Made by a program: the position numbers and the translations under genes
Part shown: one piece after another, positions 36,555 to 44,034 of the stretch
Layout: the number at the start of each line of letters is the position of its first letter
Position numbering within the stretch: the stretch's first letter is position 1
Virus record (IMG/VR): IMGVR_UViG_3300017991_005548
Location: 62,001 to 126,000 of that record
Strand: one strand, 5' to 3'
Length of the DNA stretch: 64,000 nt
Notes under the pieces: generated by a model
What the model was told of the DNA's origin: nothing
The model's input: only the letters and a program-made list of their open reading frames with translations
Databases searched by the model: none

Positions 36555-36872
36555 CTATGGTATGATGATCCCTCCTTTTCTTTTGTCGTTAGGAGTGACT
36601 ATCGTACTCTGTTGTTCTTTCAATTTTTCGATAGCTTCTTGTTGAGCCTCGTCTCTCAACCGATCATACTCTTCTTCAGCGAATTTCTGAAAATCTTCGA
36701 AGCACTGCTCAAGAGTATACCCTTCTGGGAATTCAAAGTTTTGTGGATCTCCCCCATATGGAGTTGGAATGATGAACATCCCGATGAACTGAGGTTCACC
36801 TTCTCCAACGGGGAATTTGCCAACTAACTGCTTCCCGTCGTCGTCCACGAATTGTTTAATTTCGTAGATCAT
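36555..36872 (-). CDS. hypothetical protein
   Basis: ORF track. Confidence 0.55.
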   Translation of the reverse strand: MIYEIKQFVDDDGKQLVGKFPVGEGEPQFIGMFIIPTPYGGDPQNFEFPEGYTLEQCFEDFQKFAEEEYDRLRDEAQQEAIEKLKEQQSTIVTPNDKRKGGIIIP

Positions 36873-37222
36873 ACCCCAATCCCCAGAGTCTCTTCAAGAT
36901 CCATGACAACGTCTCCACTGTCATTCCAGGAATTGACGACTTTGCTCTGGATGTTTCTCAGAGCAGGCAACGGAAGGTTCTCAATGTTGACCATATGAGG
37001 AACAACCATTACCTTAACCCCAGTTACTCCTTCGAAAAGTTCGTTTACCGTTTCGGCAACTCTTTCCATGTCGGACTTTGTTGCTGGAGTCTTTTCATTG
37101 CCAACCGTGACAATCAAAAGAGATCCGTCTTCGACATTTGGGAACACCTGGGTTTTGAGTGTTTCCAGATCTCGATCCATCTGTCCACTCGTTTCTTTTT
37201 TTACAGTCTCTTTCTTTGACAT
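36869..37222 (-). CDS. hypothetical protein
   Basis: ORF track, RBS AAGGAG. Confidence 0.55.
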   Translation of the reverse strand: MSKKETVKKETSGQMDRDLETLKTQVFPNVEDGSLLIVTVGNEKTPATKSDMERVAETVNELFEGVTGVKVMVVPHMVNIENLPLPALRNIQSKVVNSWNDSGDVVMDLEETLGIGV

Positions 37223-37263
37223 TGTCTTGCTCCTTAGTTAGACTTAAGAACGATGATATTTAT

Positions 37264-37291
37264 AGTATAGACCGAAAAAACAATAAATCAA
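37264..37291 (-). promoter_or_regulatory. sigma70-like promoter
   Basis: TTGATT-N16-TATACT. Confidence 0.55.
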
Positions 37292-37773
37292 GGGCGAGTA
37301 TGCAAAATAACTTGTTCGATCAACCTTTCTATGGAAGTTTCTGGCAACCTTCTCCTTTCCTTTTTATAAAGAAAATCAAGGTATCTCGTTTTTGGTGCAT
37401 TATCTGGACGACCATAAAAGAAGTTCTCAGATCCTACATGTAACCCAAATTCAACATTGGTTGTAAACGCTGGCATTGTTTTAAGTTCTCTAGGAACCCA
37501 CGCAAGTATGGCTCCAAATTCTCGACAATGCGCTAAAGCCCTATATTCCCAATAAACTTGTTTGTGATAGTCAAAGGTGTCATCACCCTCTTTTTCTCGT
37601 GGTTCAGGGACATAGAGAACTCCATCGAATTCATGCTGTTTAAAAATATCGATAGCATTTGGCCTCCATGACTGCACATCAATGCTTCTTGGAGATGGCC
37701 CGACTAAAAACACAGGTTTTGATATACCTCTGATATCCTCTTGAATTGGTTCTCTTGCATAAACTACTTTCAT
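37288..37773 (-). CDS. nucleoside 2-deoxyribosyltransferase-like protein
   Basis: VFLVGP..R...SWR; QV.WE; AWVPR...TTNVEFG. Confidence 0.75.
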   Translation of the reverse strand: MKVVYAREPIQEDIRGISKPVFLVGPSPRSIDVQSWRPNAIDIFKQHEFDGVLYVPEPREKEGDDTFDYHKQVYWEYRALAHCREFGAILAWVPRELKTMPAFTTNVEFGLHVGSENFFYGRPDNAPKTRYLDFLYKKERRRLPETSIERLIEQVILHTRP

Positions 37774-38093
37774 TGTATCTCTCCTTTATTCTTACACTCC
37801 ATGTTTTTAACAGTGAAGATTTCATATCTAATGCTAAGGATGATGTTAAACTGGCTACAAACGTCTATTAATTCTTCATCCATTGGAAAGTCAGGAATTT
37901 CTTCCCCTTCTGGCAATGCACTTATCCAATCTTCTGCTTTTTTGACCCATTCATTCGCCATATGTAAGTTTGTAAATGTTCCCACTTTCCAAGTAGTGAA
38001 GCTATTAGTACCAGAAACGGTGCCCTCAACAAGATAGACATTATTAACGTCTTCAAGATTATGGTGACTTAATAGAGTGGGTTTAATTTTCAT
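37770..38093 (-). CDS. hypothetical protein
   Basis: ORF track. Confidence 0.5.
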   Translation of the reverse strand: MKIKPTLLSHHNLEDVNNVYLVEGTVSGTNSFTTWKVGTFTNLHMANEWVKKAEDWISALPEGEEIPDFPMDEELIDVCSQFNIILSIRYEIFTVKNMECKNKGEIQ

Positions 38094-38121
38094 TGTAATA
38101 CTCTAAATTTTATTGCAAAAC

Positions 38122-38327
38122 TCCAAGCTCATAGGCAGGATTCTGTTTAATATTTTCCATCATTTATCTATTGGCATCAACCCGACCATTATAGAGTAGC
38201 TCACCCTCTAGGTCTGTTTGAATTGCAACCTCGGTAGTGCAAACGAATCTCTTCTCCTACCTTAAGCTAAGTTGTCCTGACCTTCCTCTCATGAGCATTA
38301 CCTCGTAGAGCGATGGATCGGCTTGAA
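38122..38327 (-). ncRNA. rnpB: minimal RNase P RNA
   Basis: CR-I GAGGAAGGTCAGGA (38275-88), CR-IV AGATAAAT (38162-69), CR-V ACAGAATCCTGCCTA (38132-46); P4 AGGTCAGGA/TCCTGCCT, P1 TCAAGC/GCTTGG, P2 TCCATCG/TGATGGA. Confidence 0.85.
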
Positions 38328-38333
38328 AATGTT

Positions 38334-38765
38334 TTATCCTGGCCAAGGCCAAGACATAGTTAAGTGTATTGAATACATAAATCCGCCACCATCCTTAACG
38401 GCGGAATATATAAAGGGGAAAGGCTTCTTTTTAATGTCTGCGATGGCTTCCTCAAGATAAGCGATAACCTCTTCCTCAGCCTTATTATCTCCAAGTTCTT
38501 TCCGCTTTTCGTGCCAACGAATCTGATCCCTATTTGGAACAATCCGAATAAACATGTCAGCAGGAATCCTGTCCTCATTACTACAGAACTCAGTCTTAAC
38601 CCCAATTTTCTTTTCGTTGGCTTTCTTAATAAAATCTAGGATTTCTGCTTCAGTCATCTCCATAACTTCAGACATCCCAAAATCTTCTTCTGGAATGCCA
38701 AGTGACTCTAGGATATGGACATCCTCTGCAATTGCGTGAAAAACGACTTTCATTGATGGCTCCAA
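38334..38765 (-). CDS. hypothetical protein
   Basis: ORF track. Confidence 0.55.
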   Translation of the reverse strand: MEPSMKVVFHAIAEDVHILESLGIPEEDFGMSEVMEMTEAEILDFIKKANEKKIGVKTEFCSNEDRIPADMFIRIVPNRDQIRWHEKRKELGDNKAEEEVIAYLEEAIADIKKKPFPFIYSAVKDGGGFMYSIHLTMSWPWPG

Positions 38766-39155
38766 TTATTTCTGTTTTCTACCAAGCAGTTTTTTAGTCT
38801 TCTTTTCCAAATCGTTGAGTTCAGAGAGCATTTTATCTCTTTCTTTACCTTTTTTGTTGGCTCTAACCTCACGTTTCATCCTACGGATTTCAGCAAGTGC
38901 TGATTTGAGTCTGTCTTCATTGGTTTTTTCTTCAGGCTCTTCGTCAAGAGCTTCGTCTATATCATCCAAAAATTTATCAATGATATGTTCAGTATCTCCT
39001 GCCTTGTTAGCCCACTGTATAACGAGTTCTGTTGCAGTGAAGTTGAATTCATCCATAATTCCATCTATGCCAAACTCGTTGTAAGTTTCTTCTATGTTTT
39101 GGGCAATTTTCGGAGAGCATTCGTTTTTGATCAAGAATTTATATAAGCTTTTCAT
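38766..39155 (-). CDS. hypothetical protein
   Basis: ORF track. Confidence 0.55.
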   Translation of the reverse strand: MKSLYKFLIKNECSPKIAQNIEETYNEFGIDGIMDEFNFTATELVIQWANKAGDTEHIIDKFLDDIDEALDEEPEEKTNEDRLKSALAEIRRMKREVRANKKGKERDKMLSELNDLEKKTKKLLGRKQK

Positions 39156-39607
39156 CTGTTTTGCTCAATGTATTTTTTCTTGTATCTCAGTGCTACTTCG
39201 CGAGTAGTAGGAATTATTTCCCTGTTCCCTTCATTCTTTAATTTCTTGTATCCTGTTCCCCATCCCTCTTCTGCGAGGCCACATTCTCTGCAAGATCTAA
39301 AAGGAGGTCTATGAGAATGATAATCACTGCTTTTCGCTTCAGCTTCTAAAACTAATTCATGAGGACATTTGTCCATATAAGCTTCTTCAGCTTTTATTCT
39401 GAGTTCAGTCAAGGATTTTAATCTGCGTCCCACTTGGTCAATTTTGTCTTGGACTTGTTGAATGAGAGCCTTTTCAACTGCACCATCACTGATTGCTTCT
39501 TGAACAGTCGATCCTAAGTCTGCAATACTTTGGATTTCTTCTGCTTCTTCGTCTTCGCACCACATTGGGTCAGGATCTGTATCAATCATTTCATTATTTA
39601 TGGACAT
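39152..39607 (-). CDS. hypothetical protein with Zn-finger-like motif
   Basis: CPH...CRECG. Confidence 0.55.
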   Translation of the reverse strand: MSINNEMIDTDPDPMWCEDEEAEEIQSIADLGSTVQEAISDGAVEKALIQQVQDKIDQVGRRLKSLTELRIKAEEAYMDKCPHELVLEAEAKSSDYHSHRPPFRSCRECGLAEEGWGTGYKKLKNEGNREIIPTTREVALRYKKKYIEQNR

Positions 39608-39637
39608 AGTCTACCTCATCGATTGTTGGTTAGACTT

Positions 39638-39729
39638 TGGCGGAAGGAGAGGGATTTGAACCCTCGTGCCCCTTTCAGGACCAACCGCTTTCCAGGCGGT
39701 GACGATTAACCAGACTCCGTCATCCTTCC
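39638..39729 (-). tRNA. tRNA-Ser(GGA)
   Basis: Loop CTGGAAA, long V arm, G73 CCA. Confidence 0.95.
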
Positions 39730-39735
39730 ATATTT

Positions 39736-39993
39736 TTATTTTTCATCTTGGGTTTTCGTTTCCCCTACTTTGATCAGATGTCTTGGGTTAACTAAAACAA
39801 GATAATTTTTAAGTACACAATATCCATTATCCAACATATACTCAATTTCATACATGGTGTTTATACTCATACTCCAAATACCTGCACCATGCCAGTCTTG
39901 ATATTTTTGGGGGCGTTTAACAACATCCCCAATTTTCAAGCCGTTAGGATTGCAAACATCTGCCAGTTCAAGATCCGTTCTTTTCATCTTCAA
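39736..39993 (-). CDS. hypothetical protein
   Basis: ORF track. Confidence 0.5.
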   Translation of the reverse strand: MKMKRTDLELADVCNPNGLKIGDVVKRPQKYQDWHGAGIWSMSINTMYEIEYMLDNGYCVLKNYLVLVNPRHLIKVGETKTQDEK

Positions 39994-40246
39994 GTTCCTT
40001 GTTGATGAAATTCTTTAACACTGCATTGAACCCAATAGAGACAAGTTCTGAAAGCTCGTCCTCTGTTAAATCATGGGTTCTGACCCCCTCAATATTTTCT
40101 GATGCTTTTACAGCAACAACAGGAAGTCCACTCTCTTTTATTAAATCTTTTAGTGCAATAAGTATTAACGTATCGATCTCTCCTTCAGTAAGATCGATCT
40201 TAAATGGTTCGCCTGCTTCAAGTTTTTCTGGTTCAAGAATTTTCAT
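39968..40246 (-). CDS. hypothetical protein
   Basis: ORF track. Confidence 0.5.
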   Translation of the reverse strand: MKILEPEKLEAGEPFKIDLTEGEIDTLILIALKDLIKESGLPVVAVKASENIEGVRTHDLTEDELSELVSIGFNAVLKNFINKELEDEKNGS

Positions 40247-40473
40247 CGTTTAATTACCTTCTCAGGCATTTCATCTCTTTTGTTCACAACCATGTACTTC
40301 CCATTGCCCTCAAAAATAACAGAAAGACCGCCATTTATTAGCTTAGCTGTTTCGCATTTGATCATTTCTGCCCCATCTTTTCTTTTGATCATCTCCCCAA
40401 CATACTCTTCCTGTACTTTTTGATTGATAAAATCTGTTAGATTCATATATCTACCTTTTATTTGGCTCTTCAA
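40243..40473 (-). CDS. hypothetical protein
   Basis: ORF track. Confidence 0.45.
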   Translation of the reverse strand: MKSQIKGRYMNLTDFINQKVQEEYVGEMIKRKDGAEMIKCETAKLINGGLSVIFEGNGKYMVVNKRDEMPEKVIKR

Positions 40474-40678
40474 TCACCATTATACAGCCAAGATTAGTAT
40501 CAAAGTAACTAAGTCCATATTCTTCCAGAACTTCTAGGACCAGTTCCCTCATTTTAAGGGAATTTCCTGTAACAACCTCAAAAGGAGGGTCATAATTAAA
40601 AATATGAGAGTCAAGTAAAGACCGAACATCTTGATGCTTAACCCCATGTAAATCTAACTTCATTTTCCGTGTAACCAA
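40451..40678 (-). CDS. Smr-domain-like small protein
   Basis: LDLHG...VVTGNS motif. Confidence 0.6.
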   Translation of the reverse strand: MVTRKMKLDLHGVKHQDVRSLLDSHIFNYDPPFEVVTGNSLKMRELVLEVLEEYGLSYFDTNLGCIMVIEEPNKR

Positions 40679-41325
40679 CCCTTCCGATTATGAGTCTCTT
40701 TCATTTGAACCTCTTCGGAAGGGACATAAAGACAGTGGTCCTGGATATATCGTTGAACTTCTTCGTCCAAATATGGCAAAAAGTCTGATCTGCCATGTTT
40801 TTTGAAGTGATCTCTTGCCATAGTAGACGAACATTCGGTAATTTTGTCTTCTACGTCCAAGAAAAGATGGGGAGGATTCTTATACCATCGATATTTCTTC
40901 TTCAATTCGATTCCACTTCTTGTTACAACAACAAATTTGGCAATTTCCCGTAATTTTTTGAAATTATGCCAGTTAATGAAGTTGTTTACGTTGTCAGCAC
41001 CAATGATAAAACTGATATCAACATCAAGTTGTGGGTCTTTGAGGAGGGTTTGGACTAATTCGAAGGTCGAACCACTCAGTTCATGTCTAATTTCGTAATC
41101 AAATACATGAAGTTTCGGATTTTTTCTGCAAGCGATAGCGCACATCCTGAGTCTGTGTAAATTAAGCTCTAAATTCTTACCAAATCGATGTTTATTGCAA
41201 GGCAAGAGCCAAACTTCATCAAATTTTCCTTTTTCAAGGACAAATTCAGCTACTTGTATATGAGCAAGTGTTGGGGGATTGAAAGCCCCGCCAAGAATGG
41301 CAATTTTAGTCATAGTTTTCTCCAA
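40660..41325 (-). CDS. nadD: nicotinate/nicotinamide mononucleotide adenylyltransferase
   Basis: GGAFNPPTLAH, FIIGADN...W, CSSTMAR. Confidence 0.9.
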   Translation of the reverse strand: MEKTMTKIAILGGAFNPPTLAHIQVAEFVLEKGKFDEVWLLPCNKHRFGKNLELNLHRLRMCAIACRKNPKLHVFDYEIRHELSGSTFELVQTLLKDPQLDVDISFIIGADNVNNFINWHNFKKLREIAKFVVVTRSGIELKKKYRWYKNPPHLFLDVEDKITECSSTMARDHFKKHGRSDFLPYLDEEVQRYIQDHCLYVPSEEVQMKETHNRKGWLHGK

Positions 41326-41331
41326 TGATTT

Positions 41332-41419
41332 TGGCGGAAGAGGTGGGATTCGAACCCACGGATGCTCTCACATCAACGGTTTTCAAGACCGCCGCCTTCG
41401 ACCTCTCAGCCACTCTTCC
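41332..41419 (-). tRNA. tRNA-Ser(TGA)
   Basis: Loop CTTGAAA, long V arm, CCA. Confidence 0.95.
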
Positions 41420-41428
41420 AAATTTTGA

Positions 41429-41562
41429 TGGACAAGACGGGATTCGAACCCGCAAATCGAGATGCCTCACCCATTGCTTAGGAGAAAAATAACTCCTGCC
41501 CATGGTAGCGACATTACTCTTAAGACCAGAGCCTCAACTTTGCCAATTTAAGTTACTTGCCC
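41429..41562 (-). ncRNA. tRNA-like RNA with branched ~75-nt insert replacing the anticodon loop
   Basis: GGGCAAG/CTTGTCC acceptor, D arm, T arm GCGGG-TTCGAAT-CCCGT; two inserted hairpins; no CCA. Confidence 0.65.
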
Positions 41563-41576
41563 GTCTTGTCAAATTT

Positions 41577-41698
41577 TGGCGGATGAGGTAGGATTCGAAC
41601 CTACACTGTAGCGGTTTCTGTTTTTTGGTTGCTGAAGAGAACCTTTTTGTCAAGTTCATTTTTTGGACCGCCGTCTCTGCCAGTTGGACTACTCATCC
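41577..41698 (-). ncRNA. tRNA-like gene with CAGCAA element in the anticodon loop
   Basis: GGATGAG/CTCATCC-GCCA; stem GCGGT/ACCGC encloses 51 nt. Confidence 0.75.
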
Positions 41699-41709
41699 AT
41701 ATTTATAGT

Positions 41710-41737
41710 AATATAGCCTTAAAATAAGAGATTGCAA
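41710..41737 (-). promoter_or_regulatory. internal promoter
   Basis: TTGCAA-N16-TATATT. Confidence 0.55.
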
Positions 41738-41756
41738 GTTAAATATAAAGAAAAAT

Positions 41757-41843
41757 TGGAGGAAGATTGAGGGTTCGAACCCCATCCCTTTCGGAACCAT
41801 CTGTTTTCGAAACAGTGACAGGAGCCATCCTGCATAATCTTCC
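41757..41843 (-). tRNA. tRNA-Ser(CGA)
   Basis: Loop TTCGAAA, long V arm, CCA (U73). Confidence 0.85.
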
Positions 41844-41851
41844 ATAGAAAT

Positions 41852-41941
41852 TGGCGGAAGGGGAGGGATTCGAACCCTCGGACCCCTTGCGGGGTCGCAG
41901 GTTTAGCAAACCTGTACTTTCGGCCACTCAGTCACCCTTCC
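41852..41941 (-). tRNA. tRNA-Ser(GCT)
   Basis: Loop TTGCTAA, long V arm, CCA. Confidence 0.95.
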
Positions 41942-41951
41942 ATAGGGGGCA

Positions 41952-42689
41952 TTATACCCCAAAAATCAATAATTCAAAATCGCCATTCTCATGTTCTACG
42001 ATTGCAGAGCAATGCTCTACCCAATCTCCGCAGTTATAGTAGTCAATCCCATCAATTTTTTTGATTATAGGAGAATGAACATGACCACATATAACTCCAT
42101 CGCAATGATTCTCTTTGGCATACTCTGAAAGGAGACCTTCAAACTCTCCAACATAAGTAACAGCTTTTTTAAAATTTTCCCTGGCAAACTTTGATAAACG
42201 AACTCTTTTCACTCCGAACATCCTTAAACATCTTGCCAGGAACTCATTCATTGAAACAAGAGTGTCATAACCCCAACTTCCAACCTTTGAGATCATGACT
42301 CCAATTCTTGAAAAAAGAATGAAATCAAACTTATCTCCATGAGTGATGTAATACTTCTTTCCAAAACTGTGATAATATGTTTCTTTACAAATTTCCAGGT
42401 TCGGATAATGAAAACTGTCCAAAAGTTCCATCATACCATGATCATGATTTCCTAAAACATAATGGACGTTACAGTGTTTTGACATTTTTAGAAGTCTTCT
42501 AATGACTTCTGTTTGGTTTTTATCCCATTTAGTTCTGTCTAATCTCCAAAGATCAAAGATATCTCCGATAAGATATAAATTGTCACATTCAGTCTCTTTT
42601 AGGAATTTAAGTAGTTCTTTAGATTTGCATCCAACACTGGCCATGTGGCAGTCTGAGATGAATACTGCTCGGTACTTAGTTTTACTCAT
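41952..42689 (-). CDS. LpxH-like calcineurin-type metallophosphoesterase
   Basis: FISDCH, GDIFD, GNHD, THGD, GHVH, NCGDW; likely start MSKTK at 42689. Confidence 0.85.
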   Translation of the reverse strand: MSKTKYRAVFISDCHMASVGCKSKELLKFLKETECDNLYLIGDIFDLWRLDRTKWDKNQTEVIRRLLKMSKHCNVHYVLGNHDHGMMELLDSFHYPNLEICKETYYHSFGKKYYITHGDKFDFILFSRIGVMISKVGSWGYDTLVSMNEFLARCLRMFGVKRVRLSKFARENFKKAVTYVGEFEGLLSEYAKENHCDGVICGHVHSPIIKKIDGIDYYNCGDWVEHCSAIVEHENGDFELLIFGV

Positions 42690-42777
42690 ATTTTTCCTCC
42701 TATAAGTAGTAAGGAATAATACTGAGAAAACAGGATAAAACCTACTCAATAATGAGTTGTTAACCAAGTATTAATAT

Positions 42778-42868
42778 TGGCAGAGGGAGTGGGACTCGAA
42801 CCCACAAACCGCATTTCTACAGCTTACATGATTTCAAATCAAGCTCTTCATCCAGCCAGATTCCCTCC
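42778..42868 (-). tRNA. tRNA-Ser(TGA), divergent
   Basis: CTTGA-TTTGAAA-TCATG, long V arm, G73 CCA. Confidence 0.75.
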
Positions 42869-42874
42869 ATTGAT

Positions 42875-42960
42875 TGGTAGCTAGGAGGGGGGTCGAACCC
42901 CTACGCCTTTCGGCATTAGTTTCTAAGACTAACATGTCTACCAAGTTCCATCACCTAGCC
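42875..42960 (-). tRNA. tRNA-Leu(TAG)
   Basis: Loop CTTAGAA, long V arm, CCA. Confidence 0.95.
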
Positions 42961-42965
42961 ATCTT

Positions 42966-43042
42966 TGGTAGCCTCGCTGGGAGTCGAACCCAGAACATAC
43001 AGTTTCTAAGACTGCCCTCTCTGCCAATTGGAGTACGAGACC
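42966..43042 (-). tRNA. tRNA-Leu(TAG), short variable arm
   Basis: Loop CTTAGAA, 5-nt V region, CCA. Confidence 0.85.
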
Positions 43043-43050
43043 ATTAAATT

Positions 43051-43136
43051 TGGCGGAAGGTAGGAGATTCGAACTCCTATGCCCGTGAGGACGACAGTTT
43101 AGCAAACTGCTGGCTTACCATTCGCCACAACCTTCC
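43051..43136 (-). tRNA. tRNA-Ser(GCT)
   Basis: Loop TTGCTAA, CCA. Confidence 0.9.
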
Positions 43137-43138
43137 AT

Positions 43139-43225
43139 TGGTAGCCAGGGAGGGCCTCGAACCCTTACTCCCTTTCGGGAACTGGATTTTGAATCCAGCG
43201 CGTCTGCCAATTTCACCACCTGGCC
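43139..43225 (-). tRNA. tRNA-Leu(CAA)
   Basis: Loop TTCAAAA, long V arm, CCA. Confidence 0.95.
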
Positions 43226-43236
43226 AATAAATTTAA

Positions 43237-43304
43237 TGGAGCTAATGAGATTCGAACTCATCCCCCTGCCTCTATGGGCAGTTCGGCTACCGTCTAGTAA
43301 CCCC
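43237..43304 (-). ncRNA. degenerate tRNA-like RNA with G3:U70 acceptor
   Basis: GGGGTTA/TAGCTCC-A, T arm ATGAG-TTCGAAT-CTCAT, 6-nt loop CATAGA, poor D arm. Confidence 0.5.
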
Positions 43305-43336
43305 AATTGGTTGCGTATAAACATATAAACAATATT

Positions 43337-43424
43337 TGGTAGTCTCGGGGAGATTCGAACTCCCACCTCCTTCGCGGAGACAACGACCTCAACGTTGCGT
43401 GTCTGCCAGTTCCACCACGAGACC
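43337..43424 (-). tRNA. tRNA-Leu(GAG)
   Basis: Loop TTGAGGT, long V arm, CCA. Confidence 0.95.
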
Positions 43425-43494
43425 ATTATAAGTGGCCATAACTGACGAATTAACCCCAGTTTTGGCCGTTTATTCGTAATATATTACGAATTAT

Positions 43495-43570
43495 TGGTAG
43501 CCCTGGTCGGATTCGAACCGACACTTTACGGATTTTAAGTCCGCTCCCTCTGCCGTTGGAGTACAGGGCC
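43495..43570 (-). tRNA. tRNA-Leu(TAA), short variable arm
   Basis: Loop CTTAAAA, CCA. Confidence 0.85.
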
Positions 43571-43645
43571 ATTTTTAACTGTTTTTCTCGTTATAGTGGA
43601 AAATATAACTGTTTTTCCAGTTTTGTAACTGTTTTTCCAGTAAAA

Positions 43646-43737
43646 TGGTGAGCAGGGAGGGATTCGAACCCCCAATGTTTACCCAAAGGGGACAGATTTA
43701 CAGTCTGCCGCAACACCACCATCGTTGCCGCCTACCC
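43646..43737 (-). tRNA. tRNA-Tyr(GTA)
   Basis: Loop CTGTAAA, long V arm, CCA. Confidence 0.9.
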
Positions 43738-43741
43738 ATTT

Positions 43742-43829
43742 TGGTCCTGGTGGTAGGTAACGATCCTACTTGATGCGCAATGATGATAGTTTTACAGACT
43801 ACCCCGTCTCCTTAACGGTCTACACCAGG
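43742..43829 (-). tRNA. tRNA-Tyr(GTA), atypical T loop
   Basis: Loop CTGTAAA; T loop ATCGTTA; CCA. Confidence 0.75.
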
Positions 43830-43940
43830 ATAAAAAGGTGACTTAAGTCACCTAATGCCTCTGGGTCAGACTTACCAATACCGTCATATTGGGTCCGATA
43901 GCCCAGTAAGGACTTTAAGCGTCTGGTTTTCCCCAGACCC

Positions 43941-44028
43941 TGGAGCGCGGTGAGGGATTCGAACCCTCGCGGACATAAGTCCCATCAGTTTTGCAGACTG
44001 TGCCATTAAACCACTCTGGCAACCGCGC
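43941..44028 (-). tRNA. tRNA-Cys(GCA) with long variable arm
   Basis: Loop CTGCAAA; V arm GGAC-TTAT-GTCC; U73 CCA. Confidence 0.85.
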
Positions 44029-44034
44029 ATATTA

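Noticed and set aside
43832-43940. HDV-like (theta) ribozyme after tRNA-Cys
   Set aside because: A P1-like pairing exists (GGGTCTG/CGGACCC), but the P3/L3, P1.1 GG and J4/2 catalytic C pattern could not be placed.
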